From assembly GCA_036339975.1 (NCBI GenBank), contig JAYYZV010000155.1, positions 1,449-65,448 on the forward strand: a stretch of 64,000 nt of DNA. The letters run 5' to 3'. Both the position numbers and the translations under genes were made by a program. This stretch comes from Pseudomonadota bacterium. Lineage in GTDB: Bacteria > Pseudomonadota > Alphaproteobacteria > MPNO01 > UBA830. Below, one piece after another: positions 28,587-37,847 of the stretch (position 1 is its first letter; every line of letters begins with the position of its first letter). The notes under the pieces were generated by a model. It did not search any database, was not told where the DNA came from, and saw only the letters and a list, made by a program, of their open reading frames with translations.

Positions 28587-30919
28587 TGGATGGAGACGGT
28601 GTGCCGCCAGTTCCTATACCCTCTATCGGACAGCCCCTGCCGATGGTGGATGGGCCGGAAAAGATAGCTGGTAAAGCCCAGTACACATCCGACTTCTACG
28701 ACCCCTCCGCGCTGACTGGTGTTATAAAGCGTTCTACCGTTGCGCACGCCCGGATACTATCCGTGGACACTTCGGCGGCCGAGGAACTCCCCGGGGTCCA
28801 TGCCGTAATTACAGGCAGCGAAACTGACGAAGGTCACGGGGTGCTACCCATCGCCCGGACAGAACTACCAATTGCCTACGATCGTGTGCGCTATCGAGGC
28901 GAGCCCGTCGCGGCGGTCGCTGCCGACAGCGTCGAGATCGCGGCGCAAGCCAGCGATCTGATAAAAGTCGAATATGAGGAGCTTCCTGCCTATTTTACCG
29001 CTGCCGATGCGATGGCTGACGGGGCGGTTGATTTACACGAACACCGGCTCGGAAACATAGAACGTCATGTTGAATTCGAAATCGGCGACGTTGACGGTGG
29101 ATTTGCAGAGGCCGATCTTATCCATGAAACGGAATACCATTGTGCTGAGGTTTGCCAGGTCCAAACCGAACCTCACGCGGCATATGCTGAGTACGATGCT
29201 GAACGGGGCGAACTAACAGTTCGTGCAAGCACGCAGGTTCCATATTACGTGCATCTGATGCTCGCTAAGACCCTCAAGATGCCGAAGTCCAAGATCCGCG
29301 TGATCAAGCCTTATCTGGGTGGCGGTTTCGGCTGTCGGACCGAAGCGCTAAACGTAGAAATGATCACGGCAATGCTTGCGCGACGAGCTAAGGGTACGGT
29401 GCGGACCGTGATCAGTCGGGAGGACACCTTCATTACGCACCGCGGTCGCCAAGAGCAGACTGTCAGAATTCGTATGGGAATGACAAAGGAAGGCCGCGTC
29501 ACTGCAATAGACTGTCATACGGTTCAGCGTGGGGGTGCCCATTCGGGTTACGGTATCGTTACAATTCTATATGCGGGTTCGATGCTATTCGCGATCTACG
29601 ACCTTCAGAACGCGCGCTACGACGGTAAACGCGTTCTCACCAATACGCCGCCATGCGGGGCTTTTCGCGGTCACGGGACGGTCAATACACGGCATGCATT
29701 TGAGAATGCGCTTGACGAGATGGCCGAGAAACTTGGTCTCGATCCGTTCGCTGTTAGGCGTGTCAACCTGATTCCGGAACTGGGTTTTACGGCCACCGAT
29801 CAGTGGATCAACTCCTATGGCCTACCAGAATGCCTTGATATCGTTGAGAAGGCGTCCGGTTGGAAGGATAAGATAGGTAATATGCCGCCCGGCAAAGGTT
29901 TGGGGCTTGGGTGTTCGCACTATATTTCGGGTGCTTCGAAGCCAGTCAACTGGACAGGCGAGCCGCATGCGACGATCAACCTCAAGCTCGATTTCGATGG
30001 GACCGTTGTAATACTCACCGGCGCGTCAGAGATTGGGCAGGGATCAAATACGATACTAGTTCAATGCGTCGCGGAGGTGCTGGGGATAGACCCGTCACGG
30101 GTGAAGGTCGTCGATGCAGATAGCCGCGTAACGCCTAAAGACAACGGTTCCTATTCGTCACGGGTCACCTATATGGTTGGCAATGCGGCAATAGAGGCTG
30201 CGAATAACCTTAAAGGTGTACTGGTAGAGGCGGCGGCACGTAAATTTGAAGTTAGCCCAGAGGATGTCGAGTGTCTTGGAGAAGTATACCGCGCAGGTAC
30301 CCAGGACGAGGGCATGACGTTTGAAGAGGTTGTTATGGCGGCGCTCGAAGGCACCGGTACTATTACAGTGAAGGGAAATTTCGATACGCTGCCTGAAAGT
30401 TGGGGTGGAAAAAAATACCGGGGCGCAGCGATTGGTGGGACGATGGCATTTTCTTACGCTGCGCAGGTGGTCGAGGTCACCGTTGATCCTGACACTGCCG
30501 AAATCACTGTAGACAAGGTCTGGGTTGCGCATGACTGCGGCAAGGCCCTGAATCCGTTGACGGTCGAGGGTCAGATTCAGGGGTCCGTCTGGATGGGGAT
30601 GGGGCAGGCGATGACAGAGGAGACGGCCTACCACGATGGGTTGCTAATCAGTGGTAACATGTTGGACTATCGCGTCCCGACTTTCATGGATTCACCACCC
30701 ATCGAGGCGTATATCGTGGAATCTAACGATCCTAATGGCCCGTTTGGCGCGAAAGAGGCGGGTGAGGCTTCGTTAGCGGGATTTCTGCCGGCGCTTACCA
30801 GCGCAGTCGCAAATGCTATGGGCGTGCGCATTCATGAGCTACCCGTTACACCCGACCGGCTACTTCAGTTGCTGGAAGATAAGGAGCGTGAAATGGGCGC
30901 TTCAACGGCGGCGGAATAG
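28586..30919 (+). CDS. Molybdenum hydroxylase large subunit (molybdopterin-binding, aldehyde oxidase/xanthine dehydrogenase a/b hammerhead + MoCo domains)
   Basis: About 778 aa with the GAFRGHG Mo-site region. No CODH-type VAYRCSFR loop, so not a CO dehydrogenase. ATG overlaps the small-subunit stop (TGATG); the listed ORF from 28502 is an in-frame upstream extension. Confidence 0.85.
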   Translation: MDGDGVPPVPIPSIGQPLPMVDGPEKIAGKAQYTSDFYDPSALTGVIKRSTVAHARILSVDTSAAEELPGVHAVITGSETDEGHGVLPIARTELPIAYDRVRYRGEPVAAVAADSVEIAAQASDLIKVEYEELPAYFTAADAMADGAVDLHEHRLGNIERHVEFEIGDVDGGFAEADLIHETEYHCAEVCQVQTEPHAAYAEYDAERGELTVRASTQVPYYVHLMLAKTLKMPKSKIRVIKPYLGGGFGCRTEALNVEMITAMLARRAKGTVRTVISREDTFITHRGRQEQTVRIRMGMTKEGRVTAIDCHTVQRGGAHSGYGIVTILYAGSMLFAIYDLQNARYDGKRVLTNTPPCGAFRGHGTVNTRHAFENALDEMAEKLGLDPFAVRRVNLIPELGFTATDQWINSYGLPECLDIVEKASGWKDKIGNMPPGKGLGLGCSHYISGASKPVNWTGEPHATINLKLDFDGTVVILTGASEIGQGSNTILVQCVAEVLGIDPSRVKVVDADSRVTPKDNGSYSSRVTYMVGNAAIEAANNLKGVLVEAAARKFEVSPEDVECLGEVYRAGTQDEGMTFEEVVMAALEGTGTITVKGNFDTLPESWGGKKYRGAAIGGTMAFSYAAQVVEVTVDPDTAEITVDKVWVAHDCGKALNPLTVEGQIQGSVWMGMGQAMTEETAYHDGLLISGNMLDYRVPTFMDSPPIEAYIVESNDPNGPFGAKEAGEASLAGFLPALTSAVANAMGVRIHELPVTPDRLLQLLEDKEREMGASTAAE

Positions 30920-30929
30920 GAGAGCTAGC

Positions 30930-31904
30930 ATGGAAAACATGCCTGAATTTAATCTTTACCGTCCGGAAACAGCTGCGGAAGCGGTTAAACTTAAAGCCTC
31001 CGATGCTACCTCCAGGTATCTCGCTGGCGGTACAGACATGATCGTCAACGTTCGCCGGGGTATTGAGACTCCTAGAACAATGATTGACCTGACCGCGATT
31101 ACGGAAATTGCGGCGATATCTGTTGGGGATGGGGATCTGCGAATTGGAGCTGGCGTAAAACTTTCCAAGCTGGCGACCGAAGAAAACATCCTTCGCGACT
31201 ATCCGGCTGTTGCACAGGCTGCTGCTTCTGTAGCCGGGCCGACACACCGATCCTATGGGACGATAGGCGGTAATTTGTGCCTGGATACGAGGTGTCTTTT
31301 CTATAACCAATCCCAGTGGTGGCGCGAAAGTAATAATTTCTGCCTTAAGCACAAGGGTGAAATATGCCACGTTGCACCTGGCGGCAAGCGGTGTTTCGCG
31401 GCTTTTTCCGGTGACGTCGCACCGGCAATGATGGTTTACGGGGCGCAGGCTGATCTAGAAGGGCCTGGCGGCGTACGTACAGTTGCATTGGCTGATATAT
31501 ACCGTAATGACGGTATGGACCATTTGGCGCTGGAACCCAACGAACTGCTTGTTTCGATCCGCCTTCCTAATCCAGCTGCGGGAACAGTTTCGGGATACGA
31601 AAAGTCACGTATCCGCGGATCGATCGACTTTCCGCTTGCCGGTTGCGCCGTGCGCCTGACGGCCAAAGATGGCAAACTTCTAGAGCTCGACATTGCACTG
31701 ACCGCGGTGAACCCCTATCCGCAGATGGTGACCGGCTTAGATGGCTTCACTGGTAAAGCGCTCGATGACCAAGCACTTGATGCCATCCGGGAGGTTGTCC
31801 GAAAACAGGCTAAGCCAATGCGAACAACGACGATTCGACCATGGTATCGGCGCCGCGTGGTTGGAGCGTTAGCGCGGAAACTGGTGGCGCGGCTCTCGGC
31901 TTAA
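30930..31904 (+). CDS. Molybdenum hydroxylase medium subunit, FAD-binding (CoxM/XdhB-like)
   Basis: YLAGGTDMIV FAD-binding PCMH motif and GGNLC motif. ATG at 30930 is preceded by AGGAGA 7 nt upstream. Confidence 0.85.
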   Translation: MENMPEFNLYRPETAAEAVKLKASDATSRYLAGGTDMIVNVRRGIETPRTMIDLTAITEIAAISVGDGDLRIGAGVKLSKLATEENILRDYPAVAQAAASVAGPTHRSYGTIGGNLCLDTRCLFYNQSQWWRESNNFCLKHKGEICHVAPGGKRCFAAFSGDVAPAMMVYGAQADLEGPGGVRTVALADIYRNDGMDHLALEPNELLVSIRLPNPAAGTVSGYEKSRIRGSIDFPLAGCAVRLTAKDGKLLELDIALTAVNPYPQMVTGLDGFTGKALDDQALDAIREVVRKQAKPMRTTTIRPWYRRRVVGALARKLVARLSA

Positions 31905-31905
31905 C

Positions 31906-32817
31906 TTATTGCCGGGCAAGCCGCCGCCATTTTTTTCCAACCAGGCACACTACCTTCGCAACGGTAAGCTCGTGCCTCAGAAATTCACCGTATCGCGAAA
32001 AACGGCGAGGGGTCAGAGAACCTCTCGGCGACTGGTTTTGAGGACCCTCGCTTGATTGCACACCACTTTCGTGTATCGCTGCAAGTAATGTCCGCGGCGC
32101 CGTCGAATATGAACGGCCCCGGCGGGGGGAGCCTGCAACATGAACGCCGATGACGTTTCCAGCGTCGTCGACCCACGGCCCACCACTAATCCCAGCGAGA
32201 TCGGCACCTATGTCCGGTATTCTTCGAATTTGCGTCCAAGCGACGACCGGCTCGTCCTTGCGGTAACGTCCTCGGGTTAGCATCCGACCACGACCAATGA
32301 CCTTGCCATAGACATCGCCTGGAGATCCCTGAGGAAATCCAAAAGAATAGCCATCTTGGCCAATTCGTAGGCGCGGTTTAATCACAGTCATTTGCGGCGC
32401 TCCACCATTGGTGCGAAGAATGCTGATGTCGGCATCGGGACGTTCTGTCACCGCGCGAACACGAACTAGCCGCCCGCCCGGTTTCTGAAGTCCCAGCATG
32501 TCGCAATCAGACGTGACATGATGGGCTGTGATCCACACGCCCGATCGGTCGATTGAGAAAGCGGTTCCCGTGGAGGTCCCTTGTTTTTTTCCGATTTTGA
32601 CCACCATACGGGGGTCGGCACTTGATTCATTTGGAAGGCGTTCCCCAAGGCCAAGCCCTAGTTCGGGGGTGGGTGGTTTTTGATCATACGGTTCAAAGCG
32701 ACGTGGATCCGGACGGCGCGGGGATTCTCCGTCCGGGGTACCAGCGTTGTTAACTGTTTGGCCCATGATTGCAACGACAAAGAGGACGGCGATTGCGATA
32801 TAGTCACGCAGTCTCAT
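31906..32817 (-). CDS. Secreted trypsin-like (S1/chymotrypsin family) serine protease
   Basis: N-terminal signal-like hydrophobic segment. Catalytic triad context TAHHV (His), DISIL (Asp), GISGGPW (Ser). No PDZ domain. Confidence 0.7.
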   Translation of the reverse strand: MRLRDYIAIAVLFVVAIMGQTVNNAGTPDGESPRRPDPRRFEPYDQKPPTPELGLGLGERLPNESSADPRMVVKIGKKQGTSTGTAFSIDRSGVWITAHHVTSDCDMLGLQKPGGRLVRVRAVTERPDADISILRTNGGAPQMTVIKPRLRIGQDGYSFGFPQGSPGDVYGKVIGRGRMLTRGRYRKDEPVVAWTQIRRIPDIGADLAGISGGPWVDDAGNVIGVHVAGSPRRGRSYSTAPRTLLAAIHESGVQSSEGPQNQSPRGSLTPRRFSRYGEFLRHELTVAKVVCLVGKKWRRLARQ

Positions 32818-32867
32818 GTTCTATTCGGTCTGCCCGACCCAGCGAGTCGTGAAAACTTCACCAAGAC

Positions 32868-33281
32868 CTAGCCCGCTATGGCCGCCGCATTAATGAATGC
32901 AACCGAGAGCTTTATACCCACGACAAGGACTGCTGCGCCGATTTCTCCATTCTCGATGCGGGTTGGGAGGTCCTTAACCAAGACATCGCCTATCCGGTAG
33001 GCCAGAATCTGGATCAACAATGCTAGCACGCCCCAGATCACGATATCCCATACGCTGACACTGGTCGCCATACATATTGCGAGGGGAATGGCCATACCCG
33101 AAATTGCTCCCGATATCGATATAGCCGCGGCTGTGTTGCCACCGCGCACCAACCTTAATTCGTGATAGGGCGTTACGTAGTGATAAACCGTTACCCCGAT
33201 AGAGAGCATCGCAATAGTCACGGCGAAATGGAGCAGCAAAACGGGGAAGCCGGCAAGAAAACTCTGAATAACGGGATCCAT
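32868..33281 (-). CDS. DUF350 domain membrane protein
   Basis: 137 aa with 4 hydrophobic segments; resembles DUF350 small membrane proteins. Confidence 0.5.
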   Translation of the reverse strand: MDPVIQSFLAGFPVLLLHFAVTIAMLSIGVTVYHYVTPYHELRLVRGGNTAAAISISGAISGMAIPLAICMATSVSVWDIVIWGVLALLIQILAYRIGDVLVKDLPTRIENGEIGAAVLVVGIKLSVAFINAAAIAG

Positions 33282-33351
33282 GTCATATTCCGTTTTTACT
33301 AAAAGAGAGACGTGATCCTATCTCTGTTTTGGGTTTCACCCAACCGTGGCA

Positions 33352-34587
33352 TTAGGCGCTTTTGGTTACGGTGCGACGCGGGATTGGCTTATCGTTGATG
33401 GGGTAATTCATCAACGATGCGACGAAACCCATAATAATAGCGGCCCACCACACGGCGTTGTAATTTCCAAACACATCAAAGAAATAGCCTGCGGCGTAGA
33501 TGCCAATAAAGCTGCCAAGTTGATGCGCTACGAATGCGAAACCAAATAGCATGCCCATAAAGCGAAGCCCGAATACCCGCGCGACGATGGAACCGGTCAG
33601 CGGCACGGTGCCTAACCATAGAAGTCCCATGGCCGCCGAGAAGATGATAACATTGGTAGCTGTCGGTGGAAGCATAATGAAGGCAACCATTATCACCGAC
33701 CGTAGGCTATACAGCCAGCACAGCAAGAATTTTTGCCTGAACTTACCGCCGGCGGCCCCCCAGGCGAATGTTCCAATAATGTTGAAAGCCCCAATGAGCG
33801 AAAGCGACATTGCGGCAATGGTTGTGTCCACGTCGAGGTTGCGCAGCATGTTAGGAAAGTGTGTGCCGATAAACATGGTCTGTAACCCACAAACGAAATA
33901 TCCGCCGGTCAAGAGTACATAACCTCTGTGGGAAAAGGCCTCTCGGATAGCTTCAGTGGTACTTTGCGGTGGAGGTGCGGCAGCCGCCGCGTCGCCCACA
34001 TTTTTGCGGACCATGACAAAGGCCAAAGGTACGATCAGCAGAGTCATGATCGACATTACATAAAGGGACATCACCCATCCCTGACTGTCGATAAAGAACT
34101 GTCCCAGTGGGATCATTATAACCTGACCCGACGAGCCGCCGGCACTGGCAATTCCGAGATAGAAATCGCGTTTTTCGGGGGCGACCGCGCGGCTGATGGC
34201 GGAGAGGATAATTGGGAACATAGCTCCCGACATCGCGAAGCCAGTGAAGACGCCAATTGACAGGTGCGCCATTAAAGGTGTGCTGGAAACAGTCATTAGA
34301 AGCAGGCCCGCGGTATAAATCAGCCCTGCTGCCGCGATGACCCGTCCTGTCCCGAATTTATCGGCAATATTCCCCGCAATTGGTGTGCCTATACCCCAGA
34401 AAAGAGATTGTAGTGCTATCGATAGCGACAGGATCTCGATCTGGCCGCCAAATAGTTCATTGGATGCATCAGGCATCCATAGACCGAAGGTCATCCGAGC
34501 GCCGAGCGACAGGAAGACAATTGTCGTGCCTGCTAACAGAATGACAAAGGGTGTGCGCCAGTTATGCACAGAATCTAATGAGGTCAT
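33352..34587 (-). CDS. MFS transporter (paralog A of tandem pair)
   Basis: 411 aa, 12 TMS. Homologous throughout to the downstream gene at 34713..35960 (shared WRTP, GIGTPIAG/GLTTPITA, GTHFPNML/GTHLPNFL). Confidence 0.8.
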   Translation of the reverse strand: MTSLDSVHNWRTPFVILLAGTTIVFLSLGARMTFGLWMPDASNELFGGQIEILSLSIALQSLFWGIGTPIAGNIADKFGTGRVIAAAGLIYTAGLLLMTVSSTPLMAHLSIGVFTGFAMSGAMFPIILSAISRAVAPEKRDFYLGIASAGGSSGQVIMIPLGQFFIDSQGWVMSLYVMSIMTLLIVPLAFVMVRKNVGDAAAAAPPPQSTTEAIREAFSHRGYVLLTGGYFVCGLQTMFIGTHFPNMLRNLDVDTTIAAMSLSLIGAFNIIGTFAWGAAGGKFRQKFLLCWLYSLRSVIMVAFIMLPPTATNVIIFSAAMGLLWLGTVPLTGSIVARVFGLRFMGMLFGFAFVAHQLGSFIGIYAAGYFFDVFGNYNAVWWAAIIMGFVASLMNYPINDKPIPRRTVTKSA

Positions 34588-34712
34588 TACAAGGTTATGC
34601 CTGTTTGTCTGAGAGCCGTCTAATCAGAATTGCGTGAGCCGAAGAGAATATTGCTCCTGCACCGATCTGAGCTGGGCCGGCAAAGTTGTTAGTTAATACC
34701 AAAACAGCCGTT

Positions 34713-35960
34713 TCACGCACCCGCCGGTTGCAACCGCTCGACCGGTTTATCGTCTATAGGGAAGTGCAGCGCTGCAGCGATGATGCCAAGTAAGATACCT
34801 ACCCACCAGATCGTATCGTAAGAACCCGTGCTTTCGAAAAATACACCCCCGAGCCAGGCACCGACGAAACTTCCGAGTTGGTGGCTGAAAAATACAATTC
34901 CTGTCAGTGTTGCCATGTACCTCAGGCCGAATATACGCGCGACGAGGCCGGAGGTCAGGGGCACCGTAGCTAGCCATAGAAGGCCTATTGCCGCTGCAAA
35001 GATGTAGGTGCTCCAAGGCGTGACAGGTAAGAGGATGAAGATCGCCAACACCAGAGAGCGAAGAAGGTAAATTGAAGTCAGTAGGTATTTCATTCGCCAT
35101 CTGCCGCCCATTGCGCCCCAGAACAGCGTACCGAGAATGTTGAACAAACCGATCAACGATAGCGCTGTCGCGCCGACCCAAGGGTCTTGTCCTGCTTCGC
35201 TGAGAAAATTGGGCAAGTGAGTACCGAGAAACATCACCTGATAACCGCAAACGAAATATCCGGCGGTAAGTAACAGAAAACCGCGATGAGCCATCGCTTC
35301 GCCGATGGCGTCCGTGAGTTTTTGTGCTGGTGCCGCACCGGAAACGGCAGACCCGCGCGTCTCATCTTTCATCGCGGTAGCTAGTGGGACAATAAGCGCG
35401 ACAAGACAACCAAAAACGATGGCGGTGATAGCCCAACCGTATCCGTTGATAAAAAACTGTCCCATCGGGACCAAGGCGAGCTGGCCGGACGAACCTGCGG
35501 CACTACCTATACCGAGAAATAGGCTGCGACGCTTTGCGTCGACACGCTTAGTGATCGCTGCGAGGATAATAGGAAAGCCCGTAGCGCTGAGCCCAAGACC
35601 TAGCATCAACCCAGCGGTTAAATTCATATGCATTGGCGTTTGCACCAGCGACATAAGGATGAGTCCACCGGCATAAAGCACGCCGCCGATCGCAATCATC
35701 CTCCCTGTTCCGAAGCGTTCGGCTAGCGATGCGGTGATCGGAGTAGTTAGACCCCAGATCACCGCCTGAAGTCCGATAGCAAAGGAGAAGTCGCCCACAC
35801 TTAGCCCCGCCGACTCTGTCATCGGGTCTAGCAGAATTCCGAAAATGTTACGTGCGCCAAAACTGATGAACAGGATGATAGTTCCGCAGGTCAAAACGAC
35901 CATTGGGGTGCGCCAAGTGTTTTTCATGATCAAAAAATTCCTCAAAGATCTTAGAGACAA
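34713..35960 (-). CDS. MFS transporter (paralog B of tandem pair)
   Basis: 415 aa, 12 TMS; see the paralog at 33352..34587. Confidence 0.8.
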   Translation of the reverse strand: MSLRSLRNFLIMKNTWRTPMVVLTCGTIILFISFGARNIFGILLDPMTESAGLSVGDFSFAIGLQAVIWGLTTPITASLAERFGTGRMIAIGGVLYAGGLILMSLVQTPMHMNLTAGLMLGLGLSATGFPIILAAITKRVDAKRRSLFLGIGSAAGSSGQLALVPMGQFFINGYGWAITAIVFGCLVALIVPLATAMKDETRGSAVSGAAPAQKLTDAIGEAMAHRGFLLLTAGYFVCGYQVMFLGTHLPNFLSEAGQDPWVGATALSLIGLFNILGTLFWGAMGGRWRMKYLLTSIYLLRSLVLAIFILLPVTPWSTYIFAAAIGLLWLATVPLTSGLVARIFGLRYMATLTGIVFFSHQLGSFVGAWLGGVFFESTGSYDTIWWVGILLGIIAAALHFPIDDKPVERLQPAGA

Positions 35961-36174
35961 TATTCGATTTTAGTTTTCCCTGCCATCTAGGACATACACC
36001 GTTGGTCAGCGGTGAATAGGGCTTCTAGTTAATGGGTGGCAGCAGACGTTAGAACTCGTATCCGTTCGCCGGCATGTCGCGTGACCGGGTGCCGGAAATG
36101 TTTAAATCAGAAAGACCCAGCGTGTCGTGCCACGAGCAATGTTGGATAGCCAGGGCGCTCCTTAGCAGGCTCAT

Positions 36175-37653
36175 TCAATCCATCAGATAACCGTATTTCT
36201 CCTTCGCCTCGCGAACCAATTCCGGCTTCGGCGCATTGACGGTTGGGAAGCTATCTTTCCAGTGGAAGGGCTTACAGGCGTCGATTATTGCCCTGCTGTT
36301 GGTGATGTTGCCGTTAGCTTTCTGTTCGGGTGTCAGGCGAGGATCGGCAGGAGAGGTCCAGGCACCCTTTACGATGTCGATCGTTGTCGCAGGGTCGCAT
36401 CGTGTACACATGGCCCAGATGAGCTGTTCCAGATTGGTTACGTCTATATCTTCGTCGACCACGATTATAAATCGGTTGGCGTAATTTGCTGCCTGACACT
36501 GGGCCGCTATATGGCCGGCCTGTTTCGAATGACCCGGGTAGCGTTGCTTGATAGCCACGCCATGGAGTAATCGTGATGCACCGATTTCGTGGCACCAAAC
36601 ACTGGTGACGTCTGGCACGCCAGCGTCTGCCAAATTTTGTTTCAGCATGGCTGACCGCAATACGGCTCGGTATCGTGCCATCTCGTCCGATCCCTGCCCC
36701 ATTGGCGGCACCCCCAATATGATTGGGTCGTTACGATGATATATCGCCTCTACTTCCAGAACTGGTTCCGGGTGCTCACCGCTGGCATAGTAGCCCGTCC
36801 ATTCGCCAAAGGGACCTTCGTTTTTTACTTTACCTTCATACAAATGTCCTTCGAGGACGATTTCTGCATTAGCGGGAAAAGGTAAGCCGGTGATTTTGCC
36901 GGCAACACATTCCACTGCCTTACCACGAATGCCGCCGGTTATATCCAGCTCGAACGTTCCGTAGGGCGCCTCGGCCCCGCCGTTAAAGAACGCGATGGGC
37001 TCACCACCGATAACCATTGCTACTGGGCAAGGTTCACCCTTCGCCCAGTATTTGTTTCGGTGCACAAAACCGTGTTTGCCGGTTACCATGAAACAGCCAA
37101 CGGATTTTTTATCATGGACCATGGCGCGATAGGCGCCGCAGTTCATCCACCCTTCGTCCGGATCGCGGGTAACAGTATATGTGCCGGTGCCGATATAACG
37201 GCCACCATCTTCTGGGTGCCACATAGGTGTTGGGAACTTCATTAAGTCGACATCGTCATTGGTGAGTATATTCTCGAATACGGGGCCATCCTCGACCATC
37301 ACGTGTGGAATGGTCTTGCGTTCTTTTACGAAGGCGTTGAAACAGCCGTCGGAAAGCTCTTGCTTGGTGAGATGATCAGGAAAGCCCAGCGTCATATTAC
37401 GACGCAACCCACCGAACACATTGATTAGTACTCGGAAACCGTCTGGACAGCCCGGTACCCTGTCAAATAAAACCGCGGGGCCGTCGTCTTCCCGGATCAC
37501 CACCTCGGCGGCAAGCCCGATGTCCTTTTCCCAGCTGGCGCCGTCGACGCGTTTAAGTTCCCCGAGGCGGTCTGCCTGCTCGATCCAGTCGCGCAGATCT
37601 TCGTATGTGAAATTCTGGGCCGTATTGGCCCGTGATTGATCGATGTTATCCAT
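36175..37653 (-). CDS. UbiD family (prFMN-dependent) decarboxylase, paralog 2
   Basis: 492 aa. UbiD-family conserved blocks GEPCPVAMVIGG, AEIVLEGHL, EGPFGEWTGYY (catalytic Glu region), and C-terminal IVVDEDID. Confidence 0.85.
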   Translation of the reverse strand: MDNIDQSRANTAQNFTYEDLRDWIEQADRLGELKRVDGASWEKDIGLAAEVVIREDDGPAVLFDRVPGCPDGFRVLINVFGGLRRNMTLGFPDHLTKQELSDGCFNAFVKERKTIPHVMVEDGPVFENILTNDDVDLMKFPTPMWHPEDGGRYIGTGTYTVTRDPDEGWMNCGAYRAMVHDKKSVGCFMVTGKHGFVHRNKYWAKGEPCPVAMVIGGEPIAFFNGGAEAPYGTFELDITGGIRGKAVECVAGKITGLPFPANAEIVLEGHLYEGKVKNEGPFGEWTGYYASGEHPEPVLEVEAIYHRNDPIILGVPPMGQGSDEMARYRAVLRSAMLKQNLADAGVPDVTSVWCHEIGASRLLHGVAIKQRYPGHSKQAGHIAAQCQAANYANRFIIVVDEDIDVTNLEQLIWAMCTRCDPATTIDIVKGAWTSPADPRLTPEQKANGNITNSRAIIDACKPFHWKDSFPTVNAPKPELVREAKEKYGYLMD

Positions 37654-37662
37654 GGTAGTTTT

Positions 37663-37839
37663 CTAATTCTTAATAATTTCCTTGGCGTCTGCTGACGTGA
37701 ACGCATGGCCACAGCTCGGACAGATCAAGTCGATATCGCTCATCTTCAGCAACGCAGGTGATACATGAAACCAGTGATCGCATTTCCGGCACTGAGCCCA
37801 GTTGGAATTGCCTTGTTTTTCGAACGGTGCGTCGGTCAT
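37663..37839 (-). CDS. Small Cys4 zinc-ribbon protein (58 aa), candidate accessory small subunit of the UbiD pair (BsdD/VdcD/PpcC-like in size and position)
   Basis: Found by hand; below the 60-aa cutoff of the six-frame track. Translation: MTDAPFEKQGNSNWAQCRKCDHWFHVSPALLKMSDIDLICPSCGHAFTSADAKEIIKN, giving CxxC-x19-CxxC. Starts 8 nt after the UbiD-1 stop and ends 9 nt before the UbiD-2 start. Confidence 0.55.
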   Translation of the reverse strand: MTDAPFEKQGNSNWAQCRKCDHWFHVSPALLKMSDIDLICPSCGHAFTSADAKEIIKN

Positions 37840-37847
37840 TTGGAGTC

